A stretch of 64,000 bases of DNA, taken from contig CM068775.1 of NCBI GenBank assembly GCA_035084275.1, positions 682,001-746,000 of the forward strand. Reading direction: 5' to 3'. The notes under the pieces were generated by a model that worked only from the letters and a program-made list of their open reading frames with translations, made no database searches and was not told the DNA's origin. Shown piece by piece: positions 22,950 through 35,133 of this stretch. This DNA is from Hydrolagus colliei (taxonomy: Eukaryota). Within the stretch, counting starts at the first letter, position 1. Every line of letters starts with the position of its first letter. Made by a program: the position numbers and the translations under genes.

Positions 22950-24235
22950 ACGTTAATTGCAAATCAACTCCGCGCCAACCTCTCCTCCCACTCCCTCTTT
23001 GAACCTCTCCTATCCGGTTTCCGCCCTGCCCACAGTACAGACACTCCACTTGTGAAAGTCACAAACGACATTCTGTCCATCTGTGACCAGGGCTCCCTCT
23101 GCCTCCTTATCCTCTTGGACCTGTCCGCTGCTTTCGACACAGTCGACCACACCATCCTCCTCCACCCCCTGTCCTCTGTCATCCACCTCAGTGGGACTGC
23201 ACTCGCCTGGTTCGAGTCCTATCTCACAAACTGCCAGCAGTACATCTCAATAAACCTATGGGGTACCCCAAGGAACCATCCTTGACCCCCTCCTCTTCCT
23301 CAGCTTCACGCTCTATCATGGGGATGTCATCCGCAGACATGGGGCGCAGTTCTACATATACACAGATGACACCCAACTCTACTTTTCCACTTCAATTTGC
23401 GACCCCGAGTCCCCTGATGTTCTGTCAGCCTGTCTGTCAGACATCAGGAGCTGGATGAGCGCGAACCACCGCATCAGAGGCCATACTCTTTGTCTCTCGT
23501 CAACGTCTCCATTCGAACAGCTCTGACCTTCTCCACCTTCCCGGCCTGCCGCTAAAATTCTCTGAACCTTTGCATGACCTTTGCATGACCTTGGTTTGAC
23601 CCCCAACTGGCCTTCCTCCCCAACATCCAGTCCCTCACCAGCAGTGCCTTCTTCCACCTCCGATGGATCGCCCATCTCCGACAATACCCCAAAAGCCACT
23701 GAAATCTTGGTCCATGCCTTTGTCACCTCTCGCCTGGACTATTGCAACACCCTCCTCGCCGGTCTCCCATCCACCAGAATCCACAAAATCCAGCTAATTC
23801 AAAACTCTGCCGTCCACATACTCACCCACATCTAACGTCGCTTCCCCCATTATCCCAGTCCTTGCCAGACTTCACTGGCTCCCTTGTCTCTGAGAGGATC
23901 AGCTTCAAGATCCTCACCCTTGTTTTCAAATCCCTCCACTCCTCTGCACCCTCCTTACCTCTCTGATCTCCTCTCTCCCCAAACCAGCACCCGCTGCCTT
24001 CACTCCACCGGGTCTGGCCTCCTCCATGTCCCCTGATCTTCCGCTCCACCCTCGGCGGCCATCCCTTCAGCCATTACTCCCCGAGGCTCTGTCACACCTC
24101 TCTCTTTGACCGCGCACTTGGTCATCTTTCAACCCCTGCCCCTGGATCGGTCCTGCGATCTGCTACTTTGAAGTGCTCTGAGATACCGTCCTACATGGAG
24201 GGTGCTATATAAATCAAATTTGTTGTTCTTGTTGT
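22950..24235 (+). mobile_element. Decayed L2 fragment in the IgSF intron
   Basis: [31 protein letters not shown], tail ..gctatataaatcaaatttgttgtt. Confidence 0.85.
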
Positions 24236-24597
24236 GTTGGTATCTGTGTATATGTGACGCACAGAGCACACACACTGTAGTTGTGAGACAGTCGCTGTGC
24301 TCCCTAGTGACAGGTTACAACAAGCTGCTGACTGCCGGGACAGGAGACAGGACTGTGTTTGGGGCAGCAGGTGGCAGAAAATCCGATCACTGCACTTGGC
24401 TAACGTGGGTTTGTTGGGCATACCCGTGCTACCAACGTCCTCATCGACAGCCAAAGCTTTGGATCTTACTGCTCAGTCACTGGAACTTGCTTCCTCTACC
24501 CCTCCATTAGTTGCCCTCGTTCTGATTTCCAACATCTGTACATAAGGTCTGGAATAATAGCTGGGCTGGAATTTATAGTGTAATTTTTGTCTTAAAG

Positions 24598-24942
24598 CTC
24601 CGAACAGTCCATTAGTCGTTCAGTCTCCGAAGTTGATAACTGTCAGAGAGGGAGGCATGGCCAAGTTACAGTGCTCCATGGAGAAGGCACGTGTGGAGCA
24701 GAACGGTGTTCAATGGTACAGGGTGTACCCGGGACAGCTGAGGAAGTGGATGATAACACGTGAAAAAGATGGCAGGATACTCTGGGACATTGATACCGAT
24801 CAGATTCTCCAGCCATCCATAGACACATCTAAAAACACCTACATTCTGATCCTCCCAGCCGTGTCAGTCAGTGATACTGCCGTCTATCACTGCTATGTGC
24901 AAATCAATACCTGTGCGGATGGTAGTCAACTTAATGTAACCA
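24598..24942 (+). CDS. Ig V-set exon 2, germline-joined VJ type, intact
   Basis: Acceptor tttttgtcttaaag|; VVQSP..LQC..WYRVYPGQ..DTAVYHC..CADGSQLNVT; A|GTGAGT (phase 1/1). Confidence 0.88.
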
Positions 24943-25319
24943 GTGAGTACACCTATACTCGGGCCACACCCTAAATTCACACTGCTCCGAGTTAATAATC
25001 AGTGTTATCTGGGAGTTTGTGAGCTAGTTCACAACAACAACAACAACAATTTAAATTTATAGAGCGCCTTTCACGTCGGGAGGACGTCCCAAGGCGCTGC
25101 CATTAGTGTTCACCACCAGAAAATTACTCTCATTTTCAATTGTCACAGGATCTTTCATGTCCATCACATTACATCACTTTTGAAAGATGGTGTCTCCCTG
25201 ACCATTGCACGGGAGTGTGAGCTCAGCTCTAGTTTACAACCTGGACTGCCCTTTATGTCCTCTGACGCTTTTTAGCATTCAGTGCAGTTTGAAATTTTTT
25301 GATGATTTTTCCCTTAAAG

Positions 25320-25659
25320 GTGCTGTTCCTTTCCTGGTTCAGTCCCCGACCCTGGAACGTGCCACAGAGGGACACCTGGCCCAGTTACAGTGCTCCATCG
25401 AGAACGCCAGCGTGAGCAACACTGATGTACACTGGTACCGACAACTCCCAGGACAGCAGAGGGAGTGCATTTTAACATTATAAAAATGGCAGGAAGGTAG
25501 ATCACAAATATACTAATCAGCGTCTCCAGGCATCCAGAATCACCTCCAATAACACCTACATTCTGATAGTCAGACGCGTGACACTCAGTGATGCTGCTGC
25601 CTATCAGTGCTGTGTGTGGGGAGATGTCTGTGGGAACGGGACCCAGCTGAACATAACCA
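25320..25659 (+). pseudogene. Ig V-set exon 3, germline-joined VJ type, frameshifted at ~25478
   Basis: Acceptor ttttttcccttaaag|; LVQSP..LQC..HWYRQLPGQ..ILT, then shifted frame KNGRK..DAAAYQCCVWGDVCGNGTQLNIT; A|GTAAGT. TAA at 25481-25483 in the uncorrected frame. Confidence 0.85.
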
Positions 25660-26760
25660 GTAAGTAAATTTACTCCAGATTTTATTATCTGATTTCAGCT
25701 GATCAAATGTCCTCAGGAGCTTTCTCTAGGTACATATCCTAAACTCACACTGTGTGTAGGCAGAAAGTGAGGATGGAGAGGCACGAGTGAGCAGGTAGAG
25801 GCGAGGAGGGAGTGGCACTGAGTGACGGGAGTGGTGCGGACTGAGAAAGGAGTGACACAGATGAGAGAGAGGCACAGAGTGAGGAGAGAGAGGCGCAGCC
25901 TGAGGAGAGAGGCACAGTCTGAGGAGAGAGAGGAGCAGTGTGAAGAGCGAGAGGCAGATACAAACTACACAATAAATCAATCCCAAATCAACTATACCCA
26001 ACCCAACATCACCCTCAACCTTGGGGGCCAATCCAGGACTGTTGAGCACTTTTGACGTCCTCCCGATATGAAAAGCACAATATAAATATCAGTGTCTATT
26101 GTGTCAGCCACCCAAACCCCAGCATTTGTTTATCGCCTTTCAACAACAACAACTTGGATTTATAGAGAGCCCTCCATGCCAGAGAGCGATTCAGAGCACC
26201 TCACAATAAAAGAGGTAGTGGGAGGGCGAAGACAGTGACCAAAAGCGTGGTCAAAAAGAAAAGTCTTTAGGCATGAGCTGAAAACAGGACAGTGCGAGGT
26301 GATGGGATTGAGGAAGGGTTTTGCAGAGCCTTGTGGCGTAGTAGCTGAAGGTACAACAGCCGAAGATAGAATGCAAGGACTGGGGTAATTTGGCAGCAAT
26401 CTTTGATTTGGGTCACGGAATTTTGGATAACCTGGACTTTGTGAAGAGTGGAAGGATAATTGGGGGTCAAACCTGATGCCTAACTTGCATATGGGTTCAG
26501 AGAGGTTTAGCAACAGGTCAGCTAGTTGGAAAAGATGAGAGTTGTGGGATTGAATACATCGACGAGGGCCAAAGGGCATGGCCTTCACGTCGGTAGCACA
26601 TCCCAATTCCAACTTCTACATTGCTTTGAGTGAAATGAACTCTGTAATGTAAATTTATATTGTATTTTGTTTTGCTGTTTGTTTACATGTGTGACAGTGT
26701 GTAATTGTCAGTTATCTGATGCTCTGATTCTCTTATTCTCTCCACATTGTCTGAATACAG

Positions 26761-26858
26761 TGAGCAGAGAACAGATCTGGATCACCATGGGGTCTGCTCT
26801 GGGATTCCTGGCCTTTGTTGGAGCAGTTGTTCTCATCTACAAGATGTGTGGTTTGTAA
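26761..26858 (+). CDS. Transmembrane exon, copy 1
   Basis: Phase-1 acceptor tacag|; (M)SREQIWITMGSALGFLAFVGAVVLIYKMCGL*. Confidence 0.7.
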
Positions 26859-27396
26859 AGTCCTATACATAGAATCATAGAATCTTATGGCACAAAAGGA
26901 GGCCATTCGGCCCATGTAGTCTGTGCCAGCTCTTTGAAAAGAGCAACTCAATCCAACTCTATGGCTCTCTCCCCATAACCGCGCAAATCCGTACTCCCCA
27001 AATAAACTTCTACCTCTCTTTTAAAAGAGCAGCGAGTAGGACTCTGTTATCAACTCTGTTATCGAATCGGCCTCCACCATCTTTTCAGGCAATGCATCCC
27101 AGATTTGAACAACTTGCTGAGTGAACAACTCCCTACAGCTCCCCTCAGCTGCTTTTAGAAACTATTTTAAATCTATTTTACATCGAGTCACTGGCACACC
27201 CCACAGTTTCCCCGGTTTACCCTATTGAATTCCATCATGATCTTTGAAACCTCTATTAGGTCTCCTCATAACCTTTTCAGCTTCAACGAGAATAAACCTA
27301 GCCTCTCTAGCCTTTCATCATAACTGAAGTCCTCATTCCTGGTACCAACCTGGTAAATCTGCTCCCTTTCCAATGCCTTAACATCCTTCCTAAAGT

Positions 27397-29992
27397 GTGG
27401 TCCTTGAAAGAGTGGTTGCCTCCCAGCTCCGCTCCATCCTTTCAACTCACTCACTCCTTGAACCCCTCCAATCAGGTTTCCGCCCTGCTCACAGCACGGA
27501 AACTGCCCTGGTCAAGGTTACAAACAACATCCTAACCACCTGCTACCAGGGCTCCCTCTGCCTCCTCGTCCTCCTTGACCTGTTTGCTGCGTTCGACACA
27601 GTCGATCACATCATCCTCCTCCAACGTCTTTCCTCCCACCTCAACCTTCAAGGCACAGTCCTTGACTGGTTCCATTCCTACCTAACCCACCGCCTACATT
27701 TTGTATCTTCTAACAGTTTCTACTCAAACCCCCGCACAGTTTTTCATGGCGTTCCCCCAGGCCTTTGTACTTGGCCCCCTCCTTTTCACCATTTACACCA
27801 TACCTCTGGGCGATGTCATCTGCAAACATGGGGTAAATTTCCACATGTATGCGGACGACACCCAACTGTACCCCTCAGCCTCATCCATCAACCCCCAGAC
27901 CATCGATGTTCTGACAGCATGACTGTCCGACATTGAGTCCTGGACGAGGGACAACTTCCTCCAATTGAACGTGAGCAAGACCAAGGACCTCCTGATTGGC
28001 TCAAGCCAGTGCCTCCGCACATCGGGCGCTGCCAGCCTCAGCATCCAAGGCTATACTCTCCACCTCACAAAGCCAGTCAGGAACCTCGGCATCACTTTCG
28101 ACCATAAACTCTCCTTCCTCCCCTACATCTGTGCCTTGACTGGCACCGCTTTTTTCCACCTGCGCAACATTGCCAGGCTCCGCAACTATCTCACCCCCCA
28201 CACTGCCGAAACACTCGCACCCGCGTACATACCTCACAGCTGGACTACGGAAACTCTCTCCTCGTCGGCCTCCCCAGCTCCTCCATTCACAGGCTGCAGG
28301 TCATCCAAAACTCTGCAGCCCGTGTACTATCCTGCACCCGCCTCCGTGACCACATAACCCCCACCCTCGCCCGTCTCCACTGGCTCCCCATCCCCCAGAG
28401 GATCGAGTTCAAGAGCCTTGTCCTCGTTTTCAAGGCCTTACACGGCCCCACCCTATCTATCCGATTACTCTCCCCTAGGGTCTGTCGATATGGAAATTTT
28501 CTGATTTAGATATATCGACAGGCTCACATCGAGATATACCGAAATATTGATATTTGCAGGTTTTTCGTACTGTGCATGCGCAGGTGGCGGGCGCATTCGG
28601 GTGCGTGCGCATTCCTGATGTGCGTGCTTTCTGGGTGCGCGCACCTTCGGGGTGCGCGCATTCCGTGCGCGCGCATTTGTGGCCTATCTCCTCAGGAGGC
28701 AAATATATTTATCTCTGTGTCTCTCACTCTCTCCATCTCTGTGTTTTTCTCTCTGTGTCTCTCTCCTCTCTCACATCCCCCCATCTCTATCTATCTGTAT
28801 ATTATCACATCCACCCCGTCTCTCCCCCCACCACCCCACCGCCGTTCCTCTCTCGTCGTCGTCCCCCCGCCATCCTCCCCCCGCCACCGTCCCCCCCCCG
28901 CCGTGTCTCTCCCCTCCCCCACCCGCCCCAGCCGTCTATCTCCCCCCCCCCCCCCCGTCTCTCTCTCCCTGCCCCCCAGCTGTCTCTCTCCCCCTCCCCA
29001 CCAGCCACGTCTCTCCCCCTCCCCACCCCAGCCGTCTCTCTCCCCCTCCCCACCAGCCACCTCTCTCCCCCTCCCCACCCCAGCCGTCTCTCTCCCCCTC
29101 CCCACCAGCCACCTCTCTCTCCCTCCCCACCCCCAGCCGACTCTCCCCCTCCCCCCCCAGCCGACTCTCTCCCCCTCCCCCCCAGCCGTCTCTCCCCCTC
29201 CCCCCCCGCCGTCTCTCTCCCCCTCCCCCCCCCAGACGTCTCTCTCCCCCTCCCCCCCAGCCATCTCTCTCTCCCTCCCCACCCCAGCCGTCTCTCTCTC
29301 CCCCCCAGCCGTCTCTCTCCCCCTCCCCCACCAGCCGTCTCTCTCCCCTCCCCCCAACCGTCTCTCTCCCCCACCCACCCCCAGCCGTCTCTCCCCCCCA
29401 CCACCCCTTGCATACCTGTATATTGTATTCGAGGACTATGAATAGAATATGGCGGCTTTGCACCTCGGTCTATGCATTGTGTATAGAGATGAGCATTCTG
29501 GGTCTTGTAGTTCAGAGTGCGGCATTCCGATTTTTTACCTCGATATATCAACTTTTCGATATATCGATATTTTCAAAATGCCTATATCGGCGTATCGATA
29601 TGAAAATTATATCGGGTTTTAGCGATATATCGATATATCGCTGGACCCTACTCTCCCCCTATAAGCCCACCCGTTCAGCATGACTTGGTTTGCTCCAAGC
29701 ACCCCGCTCAAACTGCCCCACCATCGGAGGCCAGGCCTTCCGTTTCTCTGCTCCCAATCTATGGAATTCCATCCCCCAATGCCTCCGCCTTATTTCTTCA
29801 CTTTCCTCTTTCAAGGCCTGTCTGAAGACTTTCCTTTTCAACCATGCTTTCTGTTCCCCCCCTAATTCGTCGACCTCCCCCACGTTTTTTACCCCCTCCC
29901 GATCACTCCCCTCCCAGCTCGGGTCACACACCTCCTGTGCAGTGCCTTGGGACGTGAAAGGTGCTCTATAAGTTTAATTTGTTGTTGTTGTT
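27397..29992 (+). mobile_element. L2 LINE 3' part inserted into the CR1 (same subfamily as 5287-6600)
   Basis: [25 protein letters not shown]; tail ..gctctataagtttaatttgttgttgtt. Confidence 0.9.
28476..29650. mobile_element. Non-autonomous hAT-type element (MITE), copy 1
   Basis: Imperfect TIRs TAGGGTCTGTCGATAT / ATATCGCTGGACCCTA; 8-bp TSD CTCTCCCC (28468-28475, 29651-29658); subterminal ATCGAT arrays; internal C/T minisatellite. Confidence 0.88.
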
Positions 29993-32900
29993 AGTGACCA
30001 GAATTGAACACAGAACTCGACCTGATTCCTAACCAAAGTTTTATACAGTTTAGTCAGAACTTCCTGACTATTGTACTCTATGCCCCTATTTATCAAGCCT
30101 TGTGTCCCATATGCTTTTTTTGCAGCGTCCCAAGGCGCTGAACAACCAGGTTGGGACCCAAGCAGATGAGTGGTCGGAGTAAAGGGAAGGGGAAGGAGAA
30201 TAGGAGAGGGGAAGAGTTAGGAGGTGAACAGAAGGCACGGTCGAAGAGGAAGGTCTTGAGACCGGCCTTGAAGGAGGAAAAGGAGGAGGCGAGGCAAAGG
30301 GACTCACTGGATGGAGTTCCACAGTGTGGAGCAGAGAGGCTGAAAAACCGGCCACCAATGGTAGGGTGGTTACGGTGGTGGATGTGGAGCAGGCTAGAGC
30401 CTGCTGAACGTAGGGGACGGGCAGGTTGATAGGGAGTCAGCAGGTCAGAGAGTCAGGCAGGGGCAAGACAGTGAATGGCCTTGAAGGTGCTCAAGGTAGA
30501 TAATTCACCCGGTCTGGATGGGATGCATCCTAGGTTACTAAGGGAAGTACGGGTGCAAATAGCAAAACCCTCTAGATCTCCTTATTCCTTCACACCCCTT
30601 AAAATTGTGCTATCTAGCCTATATTGCCTCCCCTCCTTCCTCCTCCCAAAATACATCACCTCATTCTTCTCTGCATTAAACTTCATCTGCCATGTGTCTG
30701 CCCATTTTACCATTCTGTCTATATCTTCTTGCAGATGGTTACACTCCTCATCACTATTTATCATAACTTTGTGTCATCTGCAAACTTGGAAATGGTACTC
30801 CCTATAATCAAGTCCAGATCATTAATATATATTAAAAAGAGCAGTGGTCCCAATAGTGATCCCTGGGAGATGCCACTGCACACTTCCCCTCACAACAACT
30901 CTGCTTTCTGTCTCCCAGCCAGTTCTGGATCCACGCTGCCACTGTCCTTTAACGCTGTGGGTTTCTATTTTCTTTATAAGCCTTTTATGTGGCACTTTGT
31001 GAAATGCCTTTTGAAAGTCCATATAAACTACTTCAACTGTACTACCCCCATCCACCCTTTCCGTTACCTCATCAAAAAACTCATATTTGTTACGTAAGAT
31101 TTGCCTTTAACAAATCCATGCTGGCTGTCCTTTATTAACCAATATCTTTCCAAGTGAAGATCTATCTTGTCCCTGATTATAGTCTCTAGAAGTTTCCCCA
31201 CTACCAAACGTTAGACTGACTGGCCTGTAGTTCCCAGGATTGTCCTCCTGCTGCTTTTTTTACATTGGATTACCATTAGCAACCCTCCAGTCCTCTAGCA
31301 CCACCCCTGTGTCCAAGGAAGATTGAAAGATTGTGGTCAGAGCCTCTGCTATTTGCACCCATACTTCCCTCAGTAACCTAAGATGCATCCCATCCAGACT
31401 GGGTAACTTATCTATTTTGAGCACTGTCAGTCTTTTTAGTACTTCCTCTCTGTTGATACTTATCCTATCAATGTCCTCTACCCTCTCATCCGATACTGTG
31501 GCATTGGCTGCATCCTCTTCTTTTGTGAAGACAGAAGTAATCATTCCGTGCATCAGCCATGCCCTCTGCCTCCACAACAAGATTTCCTCCTTGGTCCCTA
31601 ATTGGCCCCACTCTACCTTTGACTAACCTTTTATTCTTGACATGCTTGTAAAATACCTTAGGGTTCCCTGTAATGTTACCTGCTCATGATTTCTCGTATA
31701 GTCTTTTTGCCCCTCTAATTTCCTATTTCAGTTCTCTCCTGCACTTCCTATATTCTATTTGGTTGTCTTCTGTATTTTGGGCATTACATTTGTCATAAGC
31801 CTCCTTTTTTTGTTTTACTTTAGTCCCAATTTCTTTAGTCATCCCGGAAGGTTTAGATGCCCTACTTTTTCTCTTTGTGGAAATGTATTTGTTCTGTTCC
31901 CGAACTATCTGCTCCTTGAAGGCATTCCACTGCTCCTTAGCTGTTTTACCTCCCAATCTGTCTTTCCAGTCCACCTTGGCTAGATCCCTTTTTAACTCAC
32001 TGAAATTAGCCTTCTTCCCGTTGAGTAGCTTCACCTTTGATTGTCCCTTTCCATAAGTACTTTGAATCTAATGATGTTGTGATCACAATTGCCCAGATGC
32101 TCTCCTTCTGAAACCTGCTCCACTTGCTCCACTTTATTCCCCAGAGCTAGATCCACCACTGCTTCCTTCTTCATTGAGCTGGAAACATACTGATCAAGAA
32201 AGTTATCCTGTACACATTTCAGGAATCCTTCTCCCTCCTTGCCCTTTACACTGTTACATCCTTAGAAAGGGACGAGGTGCAAGAAGGCTGAAAAACAGAA
32301 TGAGGAAGGAAGCAATGCTAATCTCGTTCTGGGGAATGAAGTGCGGCAAGTGGAGCAGGTTTCCGTCGGAGGGCATCTGGGCAATAGTGATCACAACATC
32401 ATTAGATACTCTTGATTTTGCCAGTCTATGTTGGGATATTGAAGTCCCCCATTATGACTACTCTATTGACTTTGCATCTTTCTGAAATTTGCTTGCAGAT
32501 CTGCTCGTCTATCTCCTTCCCACTATTTGTTGGTCTATAGTATAACAGTGTAACAGCTCCTTTTTTGTTCCTTAACTCTAACCAGATTGTGTGTTTAGGC
32601 CTTCTTGCAACTTGTCCTTTTCTCAGGCTGTAACTGTATCTTTGATTGATATTGCCACACCCCTACATTTTTTCCTTCTCTATCCCTCCTGAATACATTA
32701 TAGCCAGGAATGTTCAGTTCCCATTCCTGCCCTTGTTTGAGCCAGGTCGCCGTTACTGCTAGTATATCATATCCCCTAGCAGCAACTTGAGCCTGCTGAC
32801 CAATCTTGTCTGTAAAACCCCCATCTTATCCCTCTTTTTTCTGGACCACTGCTTTTTGCATTCCCCCCCCCACCCCCTCATATGTGGCTCCATATTCTAC

Positions 32901-33810
32901 CTGAACTAATCCACGTTTAAGTCCAATTTAATCACCATATTAATCCAAATTTGAATCCATCAATAGGTATCCAAGTATTGTTGTGTGGTTTCCAGCTCAA
33001 CATCCGAAAGTATCCATGTATTATTATGCCATTCCCAGTTCGATATACAAGTATATCTACAGTTGCTCCACTCATAGTCTTGATCTTCCCATTCTTCTGA
33101 AGCTAGAACATGGATTTGTGAATCCAAGTTCCAGTTTATTATTTCTCAAACTTCTTCTTTGAATGAATCTCTATCCAGTTCATTAGGTCACCTATCACCC
33201 ATTGTCCTTTGCAAGATGGTTTGTGTGCAAAATCAAATGCAACACAGCTCCCTCTCAAACTGCAGACCATTTCTCCATGAGAAAATTATTGATAAGGACT
33301 GAAACATTTTGCTGTTGATACACAATCTTTTGTTTCTTCTGCAAAGCTAGTCATAACCAAGTCCTATCATATACAATTGATTAGTTATGTCTCATATATG
33401 TATATCTGCTAATATAATTTGAGATATTATTTAACACATTAATTACAGAGAGAAGACAATCGAATAGGACATTGGAATAGTACAGCCATGAGGTGACAAA
33501 GGCATGGACCAGGGTTGTGGCAGCTTTGGGGGTGAGATATTGGCAGGAACCAGCAATGTGTCGGAGATGGAAGAAAGCGGTGCTGGTGGGGGACCGGATG
33601 TGGAGGAGGAAGGATAATTGGGGGTCAAACATGATGCCTAAGTTGCATACGGGTTTGGAGAGTTTTGGCAACATGTCAGGTAGGTGGAGGACATGAGAGC
33701 CATGGGATTCGACGAGAGCCAAAGAGTATGGCCTTCATGTCGGTAGCACATCCCAATTCCAACTCCTACATTGGTTTGTGAGAAATGAACTCCCTAATGT
33801 AAATTTATTA

Positions 33811-34936
33811 CAGTAAAAATCTGTTTATCCGTGACCTGATCAACCATAACTTCTGTATAACCAGCACCTCAAAACAATAAAGTCCCAATTCAAATAACTG
33901 GATCTTAAACGGCACAATCTCGGTGGCGCATTTAATGAGTTGATTGTCGCATGGGAGTACAGTACAATTAGTTCTGAATGCTACTAATAATGATGCTTCC
34001 ATTTTTTCTTCTTAAAGCCGCTGTTGGTTTTCCTCTCCCTCTCTTCTTTTTCTCTTTCCCTCTTTTTTTTTCCCTCTCTCCCTCTCCTTCCTTCCNNNNN
34101 NNNNNNNNNNNNNNNNNNNNNNNNNNNNNNNNNNNNNNNNNNNNNNNNNNNNNNNNNNNNNNNNNNNNNNNNNNNNNNNNNNNNNNNNNNNNNNNNNNNN
34201 NNNNNNNNNNNNNNNNNNNNNNNNNNNNNNNNNNNNNNNNNNNNNNNNNNNNNNNNNNNNNNNNNNNNNNNNNNNNNNNNNNNNNNNNNNNNNNNCCTCC
34301 CCCCCCCCTCCCTCCCCCCCTACCTCCTTCCCTCCCTCCCTCCCTCCCTCCGACGGATACTACAAATTGCCTATATAGCCTGACTGTATCATAGGTTTAT
34401 ACACTGTTTGGGTGGGCTGTGGAGTGGGAGAAGGATAGAGGCAGGGAGATAGAGAGGATGAGAAAGAGAGGAGAGGGAGAGAGAGGTGAACGAGAGGAGA
34501 TGAGATAGAGCGCGGTGGTGGGGGGGAGGGGGGGAGTTGATCAATTCAGATGGATATAAGAGTGGAGTGCGGTTGGGTTTTGAGCCAATGATATGCCAGA
34601 CTGACTGAGTGTGTTTGTGAAAGAGAGAGAGGGGAGGAGGTAGAGAAAGAAAAAAAGAGGAAAAACCGACAGTACCACTTTAAGCCACTAGCATCCGCCA
34701 TTGTAGAAGTTTGCTTTGTGATTGTGTGCTGTGTTTATAGACTGTAATCGATATTTATTGCTTTGTTGGTCAGTATCTATACAATATTCAGTTATTATTT
34801 AGTCTATTCTTAATATGGTATGTTTAAAAAAAAGTTTATGATTTTTGTGTTGCGTTTTCGGCAGCTGGCCGCCGGAATATCCGGCATTCCGTTTAACCAG
34901 CATTGGCCAGGTCCCAAGGGTGCCAGGCTTTTACTC
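33811..34936. mobile_element. Probable degraded Tc1/mariner (Tigger/pogo-like) non-autonomous element
   Basis: TA|CAGTAAAA..TTTTACTC|TA; absent from the duplicated copy at ~26660. Confidence 0.45.
34096..34295. other. Assembly gap (200 N)
   Basis: Direct reading; flanked by CT-rich low-complexity sequence. Confidence 1.
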
Positions 34937-35035
34937 TATCTTGTTTTGCTTTTTGTTTACATGTGTTACAGTGTGTAATTGTCAGTTATTGTGATGCTCT
35001 GATTTTTTCATTTTCTTCACATTGTTTGGATACAG

Positions 35036-35133
35036 TGAGCAGAGAACAGGTCTGGATCACTGTGGGAACAGCTCTGGGAAGCCTGGCCTGTGTTGGAGCT
35101 GTTTTTCTCATCTACAAGATATTGGTTTGTAAA
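35036..35133 (+). CDS. Transmembrane exon, copy 2
   Basis: Phase-1 acceptor tacag|; SREQVWITVGTALGSLACVGAVFLIYKILVCK, possible donor |GTAACA. Paralog of 26761-26858. Confidence 0.65.

Larger units (their letters stand above)
26870..32880 (-). mobile_element. CR1 LINE (host of nested L2 and hAT insertions)
   Basis: Tail atagaatcatagaatc at 26870. CR1 is interrupted at ~27395 (aaagtgtggt) and resumes at ~29993 (gtgaccagaattgaac). RT motifs VVYMDFQKAFHKVPH; EN motif GNSDHN. Confidence 0.85.

Noticed and set aside
21976-25659. Rearranging TCR/Ig V segments
   Set aside because: No CACAGTG-spacer-ACAAAAACC RSS was seen after the V cores; J-like sequence and a splice donor are already in each exon; only one leader serves three V exons.
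28554-29683. Long Pro-rich and Gly/Arg-rich ORFs (up to 343 aa) in several frames; same at 60738-61537
   Set aside because: They arise from the stop-free C/T minisatellite inside the hAT MITE and are open in many frames on both strands.
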